Assembly: GCA_965248265.1 (NCBI GenBank)
Contig: CBDFJF010000001.1
Coordinates: 2,976,001-3,040,000, forward strand
Direction of reading: 5' to 3'
Source of the DNA: Candidatus Latescibacterota bacterium
GTDB taxonomy: Bacteria; Latescibacterota; UBA2968; UBA8231
Length of the DNA stretch: 64,000 bases
Shown: positions 39,382 through 47,861 of the stretch, piece by piece
How the letters are laid out: each line of letters starts with the position of its first letter
How positions within the stretch are numbered: position 1 is the first letter of the stretch
Position numbers and translations under genes: made by a program
Notes under the pieces: generated by a model
What the model saw: only the letters and a program-made list of their open reading frames with translations
Told to the model about the DNA's origin: nothing
Database searches by the model: none

Positions 39382-39821
39382 AAGTTATTCTACTCAGAGA
39401 CGTTGATCGTTTGGGCCAAGCCGGAGAGATCGTCAAAGTGGCTGACGGCTTCGCTCGCAACCATCTCATTCCCCAGGACCAGGCACTATTGGCAACCGAT
39501 GCCAACGTCGCCCAGTTCGAATCGCGCCGCCGGCAACATGCGGCTGCAGCCGACCGTGAAGCCCGCGCCGCGGCCCAGGTTGCACAGGAACTGGAAAAGG
39601 CATCCCTCACCATTCAGGTAAAGGTGGGAGAAGGGGACAGGCTATTCGGTTCGGTGACGTCCCAGAACATCGCCAACCTGCTCAAAGAGCAGGGCCACGA
39701 AGTCGATCGACGCACGATCGACCTCGAAGAACCCATTCGGTCGCTGGGCGTGTACAACGTTCCGGTCCGACTTCACTCAGAGGTCACGGCCACGGTCAAG
39801 CTCTGGGTCGTCAAGGAGTAG
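39378..39821 (+). CDS. rplI: 50S ribosomal protein L9
   Basis: MKVILL..LGQAGEIVKVADGFARNHLIP and RLFGSVT motifs. Confidence 0.96.
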   Translation: MKVILLRDVDRLGQAGEIVKVADGFARNHLIPQDQALLATDANVAQFESRRRQHAAAADREARAAAQVAQELEKASLTIQVKVGEGDRLFGSVTSQNIANLLKEQGHEVDRRTIDLEEPIRSLGVYNVPVRLHSEVTATVKLWVVKE

Positions 39822-39874
39822 CCGACCCCATTGCTGGTGGTCTGCGCAACCGGAGACCAGGCGGCAGGTTATCC

Positions 39875-40765
39875 ATGCTCCGTGTACTGGCAGCGGCTTC
39901 TGTAACCGTCGTAGTCGGGTCGTGTGCACCACAGGAACAGCCTGGGCCTTTCGAACAGGTTGAGGAAGCGGCCTGGCGGGTCGTCAACCGAAGCCACAGA
40001 GGCCAGGATGGAATCTTCGTGCAGGCGACGCTGCGAACCTTCGCCTACGAGATTGCCAGCATGTATGCGCGGGCCGAGAGCGAGGAGCTCGATCAGCAGC
40101 AACTGGAGAGCCGCTTCAGGCAGTTCGTCCACATGTTCATCGACGCACGATATCCCGACGACGACGGCACCGACATCAACAACCTGTTCTTCCAGTACCT
40201 CATCTACGTCAACCCGTCTTTCGACGCCTACAATCCGCTCCAGCGACAACTGTTCGATAACTGGCGCGGAGAATATGTACGCCGCCTCGTCGGCCTCGTA
40301 TACGATTCGAAGTATCCTCTGCTGCGTCACAAATACGACGAGCGCTGGGGGCTGACGCTCTACAGCAGACTGGTGTTCAATATCTACCTGGACAACACAG
40401 ACTCAGACATCAGGCCCCACGTCGCCGACATCGGCAGCCGTACCTTTCTCGTTGATGAGGATGGAAATCGTTACAGTCCCAGCGGTCTGGCCGGCCCGTA
40501 TCCGTATGAGTTCGACCGGCCACGCGACGATGTGCTGGAAGGAAAAGTAGTGTACCGGTTGTTTTTCCCTAACAAGAAGGCGGATCGTCTGACACCGATT
40601 GTTGGGCCTGATGCACTATTTGTTGAGTTGGTCATCGAGGGGCTGGGAGAAGAACCTGTAAGACGGTTGCGGTGGGACCTGCCTTTGAAGTACCCCGAGC
40701 CTCCGATACGGCGCATTCCCTCGCATATCGCGGAAACGCCTCTGATGACGGCGGGGTCTCAATAG
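39875..40765 (+). CDS. Hypothetical lipoprotein
   Basis: Lipobox VGSC; 296-aa ORF with gene-like codon usage. Confidence 0.72.
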   Translation: MLRVLAAASVTVVVGSCAPQEQPGPFEQVEEAAWRVVNRSHRGQDGIFVQATLRTFAYEIASMYARAESEELDQQQLESRFRQFVHMFIDARYPDDDGTDINNLFFQYLIYVNPSFDAYNPLQRQLFDNWRGEYVRRLVGLVYDSKYPLLRHKYDERWGLTLYSRLVFNIYLDNTDSDIRPHVADIGSRTFLVDEDGNRYSPSGLAGPYPYEFDRPRDDVLEGKVVYRLFFPNKKADRLTPIVGPDALFVELVIEGLGEEPVRRLRWDLPLKYPEPPIRRIPSHIAETPLMTAGSQ

Positions 40766-40779
40766 TCAAAGCCCTTCGA

Positions 40780-40878
40780 GGGAGCGGATGGGATCCTGGT
40801 GGTCTCCGCGGACTTCAAATCCGTTGCGGTGTCGCGACAGCGGCGCTGGGTGGGTTCGATTCCCACACGTTCCCGCCA
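40780..40878 (+). tRNA. selC: tRNA-Sec (TCA anticodon)
   Basis: CGGA-CTTCAAA-TCCG anticodon arm, extended D stem, 9-bp variable arm, GTGGG-TTCGATT-CCCAC T arm, G discriminator plus CCA. Confidence 0.93.
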
Positions 40879-40997
40879 CCTACGTTATCAGCCGACCTGG
40901 ATATATAGGCGTTTCTTGACGCGACAGGGCAGCCGAGGTAGTCTATCCCCTACTCCTTCCTCATCAAAGTGCTATATGCAACGCGGGTCGTTTCTCC

Positions 40998-41534
40998 ATG
41001 GTCTGGGTACTCGGCGTTATCGTTGTCGGACTGATCGCTGTGATAGCCGAGCTGTTCCTCAGTTATCAGAAGCGGGCAGCCGATCTACGTCTCAAGCAGG
41101 ACCCTATTCGTGCCAAAATACGAGCACATCAAAAAGCGATGCAGGAGTCGGTCGAACGGATAAAGGGGGCAGCAGAAGATCAGCTGCAGGAACTCGATCG
41201 GGAGTTGCCGCTGAGAGGGCAGCAGGTCGACGGCTTTGCCCGGAACCTGAGAGAGGCTGAGATCGAGATCTTCGGCGAGGACTACGACCCCAGGGATGCG
41301 GCCAGGGACACGACCGACTTCCTCTCGGATGGCGACGAGAAGGATGAAGAGAAGGAAGAGGAGAAGGATCCCAACATTGTGCGAGTGGAAAAGGCGCGGG
41401 ACCTGTTGAGCGAGATGGAAGGACACGCCGCCAGCCTGAAGCGTGACATCGAAGTCGTGAAGCAGACTCTCGGTATGCTGGAAAGCAAGCTTCGGCGCAG
41501 CTCCGCTGTGGCGGAAGCGGAAACGGGAAAATAA
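40998..41534 (+). CDS. Hypothetical single-TM coiled-coil protein
   Basis: N-terminal TM followed by heptad-rich helices and an acidic linker. Confidence 0.75.
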   Translation: MVWVLGVIVVGLIAVIAELFLSYQKRAADLRLKQDPIRAKIRAHQKAMQESVERIKGAAEDQLQELDRELPLRGQQVDGFARNLREAEIEIFGEDYDPRDAARDTTDFLSDGDEKDEEKEEEKDPNIVRVEKARDLLSEMEGHAASLKRDIEVVKQTLGMLESKLRRSSAVAEAETGK

Positions 41535-41540
41535 TCAGCC

Positions 41541-41861
41541 ATGGCGGGAGTGTTCGATTCGTTAAACGTCACGCTGATCATCGCCGGTGTGCTCTTGCTC
41601 ATCGCCGCACTCGTCGTCCGTGACCAAACCGAATTCCGAATCAGCCAGCTGCGCAGCGAACTGCTGGCATTGCGCAACGAAGAAAAACGGCTATCTGAGC
41701 GTCGTGACGAGATCGAGTTGATGGTGGCGCAAATCGGCGATGCCCTGATGCGGGCGGACCGTCGAACCAGCGCCTTCGACAAAGGACTCGAGCAGGTATC
41801 GGAAATCCTGGAGGCTCTTGGCTCGGGCGTCGCCGAGACCTCAGAGAACGCGGAGTCCTGA
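41541..41861 (+). CDS. Hypothetical single-TM coiled-coil protein
   Basis: N-terminal TM then coiled coil; starts 6 nt after the previous gene. Confidence 0.72.
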   Translation: MAGVFDSLNVTLIIAGVLLLIAALVVRDQTEFRISQLRSELLALRNEEKRLSERRDEIELMVAQIGDALMRADRRTSAFDKGLEQVSEILEALGSGVAETSENAES

Positions 41862-41886
41862 CCGCTCACTCCCTGAACAACCCCCC

Positions 41887-42954
41887 CTACAGCGCTTCGT
41901 TGTCCCAGGCCTCGTGGTCGAGGTCCAGCTTTCGGGCGACTTCACATAATAGATCCCAGGTGGCGTCGTCCACGGGAACGCCTTCTGCACGACGCTTTTT
42001 CTCGGTGCGGAACTCAAGCTCTCCAGGAAGCAAAATCTCACCGATTTTCGGATCGACCCGGCTGGACGTGACGTGACTGATCAAGCTTTCGATCTCACGG
42101 TCGTAGGTTTCCTCATCCGTGAAGAACGAGGGATCGCATACCGTAAAGAAGACGCCGTTGCTCTTGAACACGCGTTCCCCAGAAGCACATCCCTCACCAC
42201 TGAGTAATCCACCCAAAAGTTCCACAAGTATTCCCAGGCCGTAGCCCTTGTAACCAACCGCTCCACCCAATGGCAGTATGGCACCGGGGGGATCGCCCAG
42301 TTGATCGGCCGGGTCCGTGGTCGGGTTGCCCTCCGAGTCAATGATCCAACCTTCGGGTACCTTGTCTCCGCGGTGGTGAGCCAGACGGATTTTTCCCTCA
42401 GCTACCACCGAGGTGGTTATGTCGAGGAGGATTGGTTCACCGTTGCGCCGTGGAGCCGCAAAAGCGATGGGGTTGGTGCTGAGTTTGCCGTCGATGCCCC
42501 CGAAGGGCGCAATCTGCCGTCCCAAATGGCCAGCGTTGACGAAGGCCATCCCGATCAATCCCTGTCGGGCGGCGCTCAGGGGGTAGGCACCTGCTCTGCC
42601 CACGTGTCCGACATTGCGCAATCCCACGGCGCCCATGCCATGTTCCCGCGCTTTTTCAATGGCCAGGGAGATCGCCAATTGGGCGCCAACTTGACCGAAC
42701 CCTCCGCCGCCGTCGACGAGGGCCGTGCAGGCTCGATCCACGATCACTTTGGGCTCGCATTTCGGGTCGAAATTCCCCTCCCAAGTCTGCTTCGCGTACT
42801 CGTAAAACCTGATTAGTCCATGGCCCTCCTGGCCGAAAAGACAGGACTCGACGAGGTGTTCGGAAACCGCTTTCGCGGTTGTTTCCGAGCACCCGAGTGT
42901 TGTGAAGATGGTGATACCGAACCGTTCGAGGCTATCAGGGTTGAACCTGCGCAT
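41887..42954 (-). CDS. Ldh_2 family (malate/L-lactate/sulfolactate-type) oxidoreductase
   Basis: GHGL, HVGRAGAY, STNPIAF, GYKGYGL and ILLPGE motifs. Confidence 0.9.
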   Translation of the reverse strand: MRRFNPDSLERFGITIFTTLGCSETTAKAVSEHLVESCLFGQEGHGLIRFYEYAKQTWEGNFDPKCEPKVIVDRACTALVDGGGGFGQVGAQLAISLAIEKAREHGMGAVGLRNVGHVGRAGAYPLSAARQGLIGMAFVNAGHLGRQIAPFGGIDGKLSTNPIAFAAPRRNGEPILLDITTSVVAEGKIRLAHHRGDKVPEGWIIDSEGNPTTDPADQLGDPPGAILPLGGAVGYKGYGLGILVELLGGLLSGEGCASGERVFKSNGVFFTVCDPSFFTDEETYDREIESLISHVTSSRVDPKIGEILLPGELEFRTEKKRRAEGVPVDDATWDLLCEVARKLDLDHEAWDNEAL

Positions 42955-43243
42955 GTAGTGGACTCCTTATCAGTCTAATAATAAAGCGTGGAGACCGTCT
43001 GCATGCCGTCCTCACACGTGGGGAGACGAAAACCGTCTCAGAAGAAGCCAGTAGCGCCTCCGGAAAGACGGAAAGATATGAGCGCGTAGCGGTCTACCGC
43101 CAGCCAGGCAGGATCATCGCCGGTCAGGAGCATTCTTGCCCGTTGCTCTTGGCTTCATTATTGTAAAGGTAACTCCATGCTGTAGAAGTGAATATTTATT
43201 AGGGGTTAGGTGTCAATCTGACTCACCGCAGGAAAGGGTTGCT

Positions 43244-44191
43244 ATGGCTGACAGCTGGATGTGGTGGATAATGACCTGTGCCATCAGCCTGTACTTTGTC
43301 ATGCTGCTACTCGATTTCAACAAACCGTCGAAAAAATTGATGGAGCAGATCGACCACCAGGAGACCCGTCGCAGGGAAATGGAGATGCGCCTGGGCAAGA
43401 TCCAGGAGGATGTGGTCCAGATAAAGGGCCGTCAGGAAGATGTCGATTTGCAGATGGAGGAACTCGAGCAGGCGCGAGTCGAATTACTCCCCGAGGCCAA
43501 TAAAAGACGGATGATCCACATTCCAGGGGGACCATTCACGATGGGGGGCCGTGAGGAAGATTCACCCGACAACGAGCGTCCGGCACACCAAGTCCACATT
43601 TCCTCCTTCTACATGGACACCTACCCAGTGACGAACCAGGACTACCGCGAGTTCGTCAATTGCACCGGACAGACCACGCCCATACACTGGCAGAGAGGTA
43701 CCTATCCTACCGGTTTGGCGCGGCACCCCGTCGTCAATGTTTCCTACCACGATGCCAAAGCGTATGCGGACTGGATGGGCGCCCGGCTACCTACCGAAGC
43801 CGAATGGGAAAAGGCGGCGCGCGGCACCGATGAACGCCTGTATCCCTGGGGCAATCGATTCGTCGACGGTGAACGCTGCAACTCCAACAATATGATCGGA
43901 ACTACCCTTCCCGTTGATGAATTCCCTCTGGGTCGATCTCCCTTTGGGATCTGGGACATGTCTGGCAACACCTACGAGTGGTGTGGCGACTACTACGAGG
44001 GGAACTACTATCCGTTCAGCCCCGCCACCAATCCGAAGGGTCCCGAGGGAGGTCAGGAGCGGGTGATCCGAGGGGGGTTCTTCGCCGAGACCCGACCCAA
44101 CGTGCGCACGACTCACCGCAACAGCGCCCCCGAAACCCACACGCGGGAAAATGTCGGCTTTCGCCTCGCCATTTCGGACCAGGACGGCTGA
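43244..44191 (+). CDS. Membrane-anchored coiled-coil protein with an FGE-sulfatase (SUMF1-like) domain
   Basis: TM and coiled coil, then GGPFTMG, HPVVNVS, RLPTEAEWEKAARG, DMSGN and VGFR. Confidence 0.9.
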   Translation: MADSWMWWIMTCAISLYFVMLLLDFNKPSKKLMEQIDHQETRRREMEMRLGKIQEDVVQIKGRQEDVDLQMEELEQARVELLPEANKRRMIHIPGGPFTMGGREEDSPDNERPAHQVHISSFYMDTYPVTNQDYREFVNCTGQTTPIHWQRGTYPTGLARHPVVNVSYHDAKAYADWMGARLPTEAEWEKAARGTDERLYPWGNRFVDGERCNSNNMIGTTLPVDEFPLGRSPFGIWDMSGNTYEWCGDYYEGNYYPFSPATNPKGPEGGQERVIRGGFFAETRPNVRTTHRNSAPETHTRENVGFRLAISDQDG

Positions 44192-44194
44192 TCG

Positions 44195-44749
44195 ATGTTC
44201 GAAGACGTCTGGAAGAGCTATGACGAAAACGAGCTGACGCACAGTGCCGCACACCATCTAATGGCCGTGCACGAGTTGCGGACCGTTCACGGCTATGCCC
44301 GTGTGTCCGATATCGCCCAGCACCTGAAGATCACCAAGGGCAGCGTCTCCTCCGCCATGAAGCACCTGAAGGAACGGGGCTACGTGCGCGAAGATCACAA
44401 TCGTTTTCTCGAGTTGACCGATCACGGCATGAAGATCGTCTGGAACACGGAATCGACGCGCCTGGTCATGAAGAAATTCCTCAGTGAAGCGCTGGGAATG
44501 GACGAGGATGATGCCGAGATCGATGCCTGCAAGGTGGAACACCTGCTCAGTGCTGAAGCCCGCGAACGACTGGTAGGATTCCTGCGCTTCCTGTTGTCGC
44601 AGGACGGCAGGTCTCAGGGATTCCTCGATGCCTTCAGGGTGGCCTCCAAGGATCACACGTTGGAGTGCCGTGATGGCGACGTCGACGCCTGCCTTTTGTG
44701 CGACGATGTCTGTTTCGTCGCGCCCGTGCTCACGGCCATCGATCAGTGA
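44195..44749 (+). CDS. DtxR/MntR-family metal-dependent regulator
   Basis: ARVSDIA..ITKGSVS HTH, DACKVEH, Cys-rich C-terminus. Confidence 0.88.
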   Translation: MFEDVWKSYDENELTHSAAHHLMAVHELRTVHGYARVSDIAQHLKITKGSVSSAMKHLKERGYVREDHNRFLELTDHGMKIVWNTESTRLVMKKFLSEALGMDEDDAEIDACKVEHLLSAEARERLVGFLRFLLSQDGRSQGFLDAFRVASKDHTLECRDGDVDACLLCDDVCFVAPVLTAIDQ

Positions 44750-44786
44750 TAAGGATAGATGCCCGGGTTGTCTGGGCCATGATCCA

Positions 44787-45755
44787 TTGAGCGGATTTTT
44801 TTCCTTCCTACAGCGCCAACTTCTACCGATCGGCCTTCTCACCGTGGCCGTAATCGGCCTTGTGTTCCCGGAACCAGGACGCCTGCTCAACTCATCGCCG
44901 ATACCCAAGTACGCCGCGGTCAGCATCATCTTTATCTGCTCCGGGCTGCTCCTGCGTACGGACGAGATCTACGCCGCCTTGTCGGCCTGGCGGGCGAGCC
45001 TCTTCGGTACCATTTCGATTCTACTGCTGACACCGCTCATCGGGGTTGTTCTGGCGTTGCGCGTGCCAATCGATCCCAACCTGCAACTGGGACTCGCCTT
45101 GTTCTGTTGCATGCCGACGACGCTGTCGTCGGGGATTGCACTGACGACCCAGGCTCGAGGCAACGTCGCCCTGGCACTGTTGCTGACGGTGCTGACCAAC
45201 ACGGTTGGCATTTTTACCGTCCCCTTTGTTCTGGCGTGGCTGCTGCGAGAGGTTGGTGCCGTCGAGTTGTCGGCGCCCGAACTGCTGGTGAAGCTGTGTT
45301 TCACGATGCTGTTGCCGCTATCCATCGGACGCTACCTGAGCCGCTTTATCAAGAGCTGGTTGGATGCCAACCGCAAGCATGTGACGATGATTTCTAACCT
45401 GGCGCTGATTTCGATTCCGTGGATGAAGTTCAGCCAATCGTCGAATGAGCTGTCACAGATCGCCCTGCCGAGCCTCGGGATCCTGATCGCGGCCGGGTTA
45501 CTCATCCACATTCTTTTTCTGCTGCTGAATGACGGAGTCAGCCGCCTGCTCCGGTTGCAGCAGGAGGCGCGCAAGGCTGTGGTCCTGCTGGCAAGCCAGA
45601 AGACCCTCCCCGTGGCCGTAACCGTGCTGGAACTCATTCCGGAACAGGTACTCAGCGCGCAGGTCAAGGGCCTCGTCATCATTCCCTGCATCACCTTCCA
45701 TTTCGGTCAGATTTTCCTCGACGCTCTGCTCGCGACGCGTTGGAGTCACCGGTAG
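44787..45755 (+). CDS. Bile acid:sodium symporter family (SBF-like) transporter; start uncertain
   Basis: CMPTTLSSG and ASQKTLPVA motifs; about 10 TMs. Confidence 0.85.
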   Translation: MSGFFSFLQRQLLPIGLLTVAVIGLVFPEPGRLLNSSPIPKYAAVSIIFICSGLLLRTDEIYAALSAWRASLFGTISILLLTPLIGVVLALRVPIDPNLQLGLALFCCMPTTLSSGIALTTQARGNVALALLLTVLTNTVGIFTVPFVLAWLLREVGAVELSAPELLVKLCFTMLLPLSIGRYLSRFIKSWLDANRKHVTMISNLALISIPWMKFSQSSNELSQIALPSLGILIAAGLLIHILFLLLNDGVSRLLRLQQEARKAVVLLASQKTLPVAVTVLELIPEQVLSAQVKGLVIIPCITFHFGQIFLDALLATRWSHR

Positions 45756-45771
45756 ACGGCGTGAGTAGCTG

Positions 45772-46572
45772 ATGCCGTCCTCCTCCCACCACCGCCAGGT
45801 CGTATACGAAGGGCGCGACGAAGACGGAGTGATCGAAGTCATTGACGAAGCCTGCACCATGCGTTCGCTGCAGTTCGGTACGGAAGCGCGGCAATCGACC
45901 ATGCTCCTGAAGGACCCGGACGCACTCGCCCTCGTTTACACACACTGCCTGATGACCTGTCTGCTGTTTGCACCCCCCGATCCCGAAGCGGCACTGGTCC
46001 TGGGATTGGGCGGTGGTTCGGTGCCCAAGTTTCTGCTGCGCCAGTTTTCGAAATGCCGGGTGGATGCCGTGGAGAAGCGGCCCCGAATCATCGATGTGGC
46101 ACGGGACTATTTTTCCCTGCCGGACGATGCCCGCCTGCACGTTCACTTGGAGGACGGCCTCGCATTCCTGAACCAAAGCAAACCGGAACTGTATGACTTC
46201 ATTTTTGTCGATCTTCACGACAGTGCGGGGATGGCTCCGGTCGTTCGCCGCGCGGAATTTTTCCCCGCCTGCATCCGGGGGTTGAGGCCGCAGGGGGTCG
46301 TGGCTATCAACATGTGGTACGGCTATCGCGAGCGAGAGGAACGCGAGGTGCGTAGATTGCTGGAACTGACCTTCGACGACAGGCTTCTCTTCCTCCCCGT
46401 GGCCGGTAAACGCAACTGTGTCGTCCTGGCCTTTTGTTCGTCCCCCACGATCGAAGCAGGTCAAGTGAGCAAGCGGGCACGTGAATGGCAGCGCTTGACT
46501 GGGATCGATTTTCCGGATTTGGCACAGCAATTGGTGCGCGCAAATGAGCACAGCAAGCTGGTGTCGCTATGA
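45772..46572 (+). CDS. Spermidine synthase-like SAM-fold protein
   Basis: RSLQFGT..RQS, LVLGLGGGS and YDFIFVD motifs. Confidence 0.82.
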   Translation: MPSSSHHRQVVYEGRDEDGVIEVIDEACTMRSLQFGTEARQSTMLLKDPDALALVYTHCLMTCLLFAPPDPEAALVLGLGGGSVPKFLLRQFSKCRVDAVEKRPRIIDVARDYFSLPDDARLHVHLEDGLAFLNQSKPELYDFIFVDLHDSAGMAPVVRRAEFFPACIRGLRPQGVVAINMWYGYREREEREVRRLLELTFDDRLLFLPVAGKRNCVVLAFCSSPTIEAGQVSKRAREWQRLTGIDFPDLAQQLVRANEHSKLVSL

Positions 46573-47861
46573 GCTCACGCAGCGAACGTATCGTCGATAT
46601 GGCACTCGTCATGGTCGTGCTAATGTGCGCGAACCTCCACGCCCAACCGCGCCACGTCTACCTGACCTGGCAATCGGATCCCTCCACGACCATGACGGTC
46701 AATATCCAGACCGAAGACGTCTCCGATTTGCGGGTACTCTACGACACCCGGTCCGGCTCACCTGTCCCGTATCGGTACTCGGCAAACGGCAGCGCTGTCA
46801 GGCTCGAGCGCTTGCCGGCGCCGCGGGTCGTACACACGATCGAGCTGAGTGAACTCGAGCCGGCCACTACCTACTACTTCGTAGCTGGGGACTCGAGTGG
46901 CTATACCGCGGAGCGCACATTCGTCACCGCCCCTACTGACAACACACCCATCCGTTTTGTGGTTGGTGGAGACATGGGTGTGAGCGAGCGGGTATCCAGG
47001 CTCGAGGTGGAAGCGGCAAGAACAGAGCCATTGTTCTGCGTGCTGGGAGGCGACCTGGCTTACGTCGACGGCGATCCGCAGCGGTGGGAGACGTGGGATC
47101 GATGGTTGGACAGCTGGCAACACCACATGGTGACGCCCCTGGGCAGGACAATTCCGATCGTCGCCGCCATCGGCAACCATGAAGTCAGGGGCGGGTACAA
47201 CGGCACGGAACAAGACGCACTGTTCTACTCGCGCTACTTCGCCCAGCAACAGGGCCGAAGTTTTTTTTCCCGCACATTCGGTGAGAATATTGCGCTGATC
47301 GTCCTCGACAGCGGTCACCTCAGCGAGCACGGAGGAGACCAGGCGGACTGGCTGCGGTCACAGTTAGCTCTGCATCAAGACCGGCCGCACGTGTTTGCCG
47401 CCTACCACGTGCCCATGTTCCCGGCGTTTCGGTCCTATAATGGTAAGTACTCCAAACAAGGCCGTGAGAACTGGCTCAGCCTCTTCGATCGTTACCATCT
47501 GACGGTGGGTTTCGAACACCACGACCACGCGCTCAAGCGCACGAAACCGATCGCCGCTGGCAGGGTAGAAGAAACAGGCACAGTCTACGTGGGCGACGGT
47601 TGCTTCGGCCGCCGACCGCGTTGGGTGCGCACCCCACGCCGCGTCGGCCCGTCCCGTCGCTGGTACCTGGAGCGGCTGGAGCGGTCGGCGCATTTCTGGC
47701 AAGTCGACGTCGAGGCTAAACGAGTCGTGCTCACGGCGATCGATGAGGACGGCAAGGTGGTCGATCGCTTTGAGCGGCCGGCCAGGCGGATCGACGCCAG
47801 CCGGGCCGCAACGGAGGCTGCCGCCGCGTTCACCACCCTCGCAACACCACCGGATCAGTAA
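46569..47861 (+). CDS. Exported purple acid phosphatase-like metallophosphoesterase with an FN3 domain
   Basis: GGDMG, GGDLAY, GNHE, YHVP and EHHDH motifs. Confidence 0.88.
   Translation: MSSRSERIVDMALVMVVLMCANLHAQPRHVYLTWQSDPSTTMTVNIQTEDVSDLRVLYDTRSGSPVPYRYSANGSAVRLERLPAPRVVHTIELSELEPATTYYFVAGDSSGYTAERTFVTAPTDNTPIRFVVGGDMGVSERVSRLEVEAARTEPLFCVLGGDLAYVDGDPQRWETWDRWLDSWQHHMVTPLGRTIPIVAAIGNHEVRGGYNGTEQDALFYSRYFAQQQGRSFFSRTFGENIALIVLDSGHLSEHGGDQADWLRSQLALHQDRPHVFAAYHVPMFPAFRSYNGKYSKQGRENWLSLFDRYHLTVGFEHHDHALKRTKPIAAGRVEETGTVYVGDGCFGRRPRWVRTPRRVGPSRRWYLERLERSAHFWQVDVEAKRVVLTAIDEDGKVVDRFERPARRIDASRAATEAAAAFTTLATPPDQ

Noticed and set aside
40879-41000. selC as an integration site for a genomic island
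   Set aside because: No integrase, no duplicate of the tRNA 3' end seen in the window, and no obvious compositional shift.
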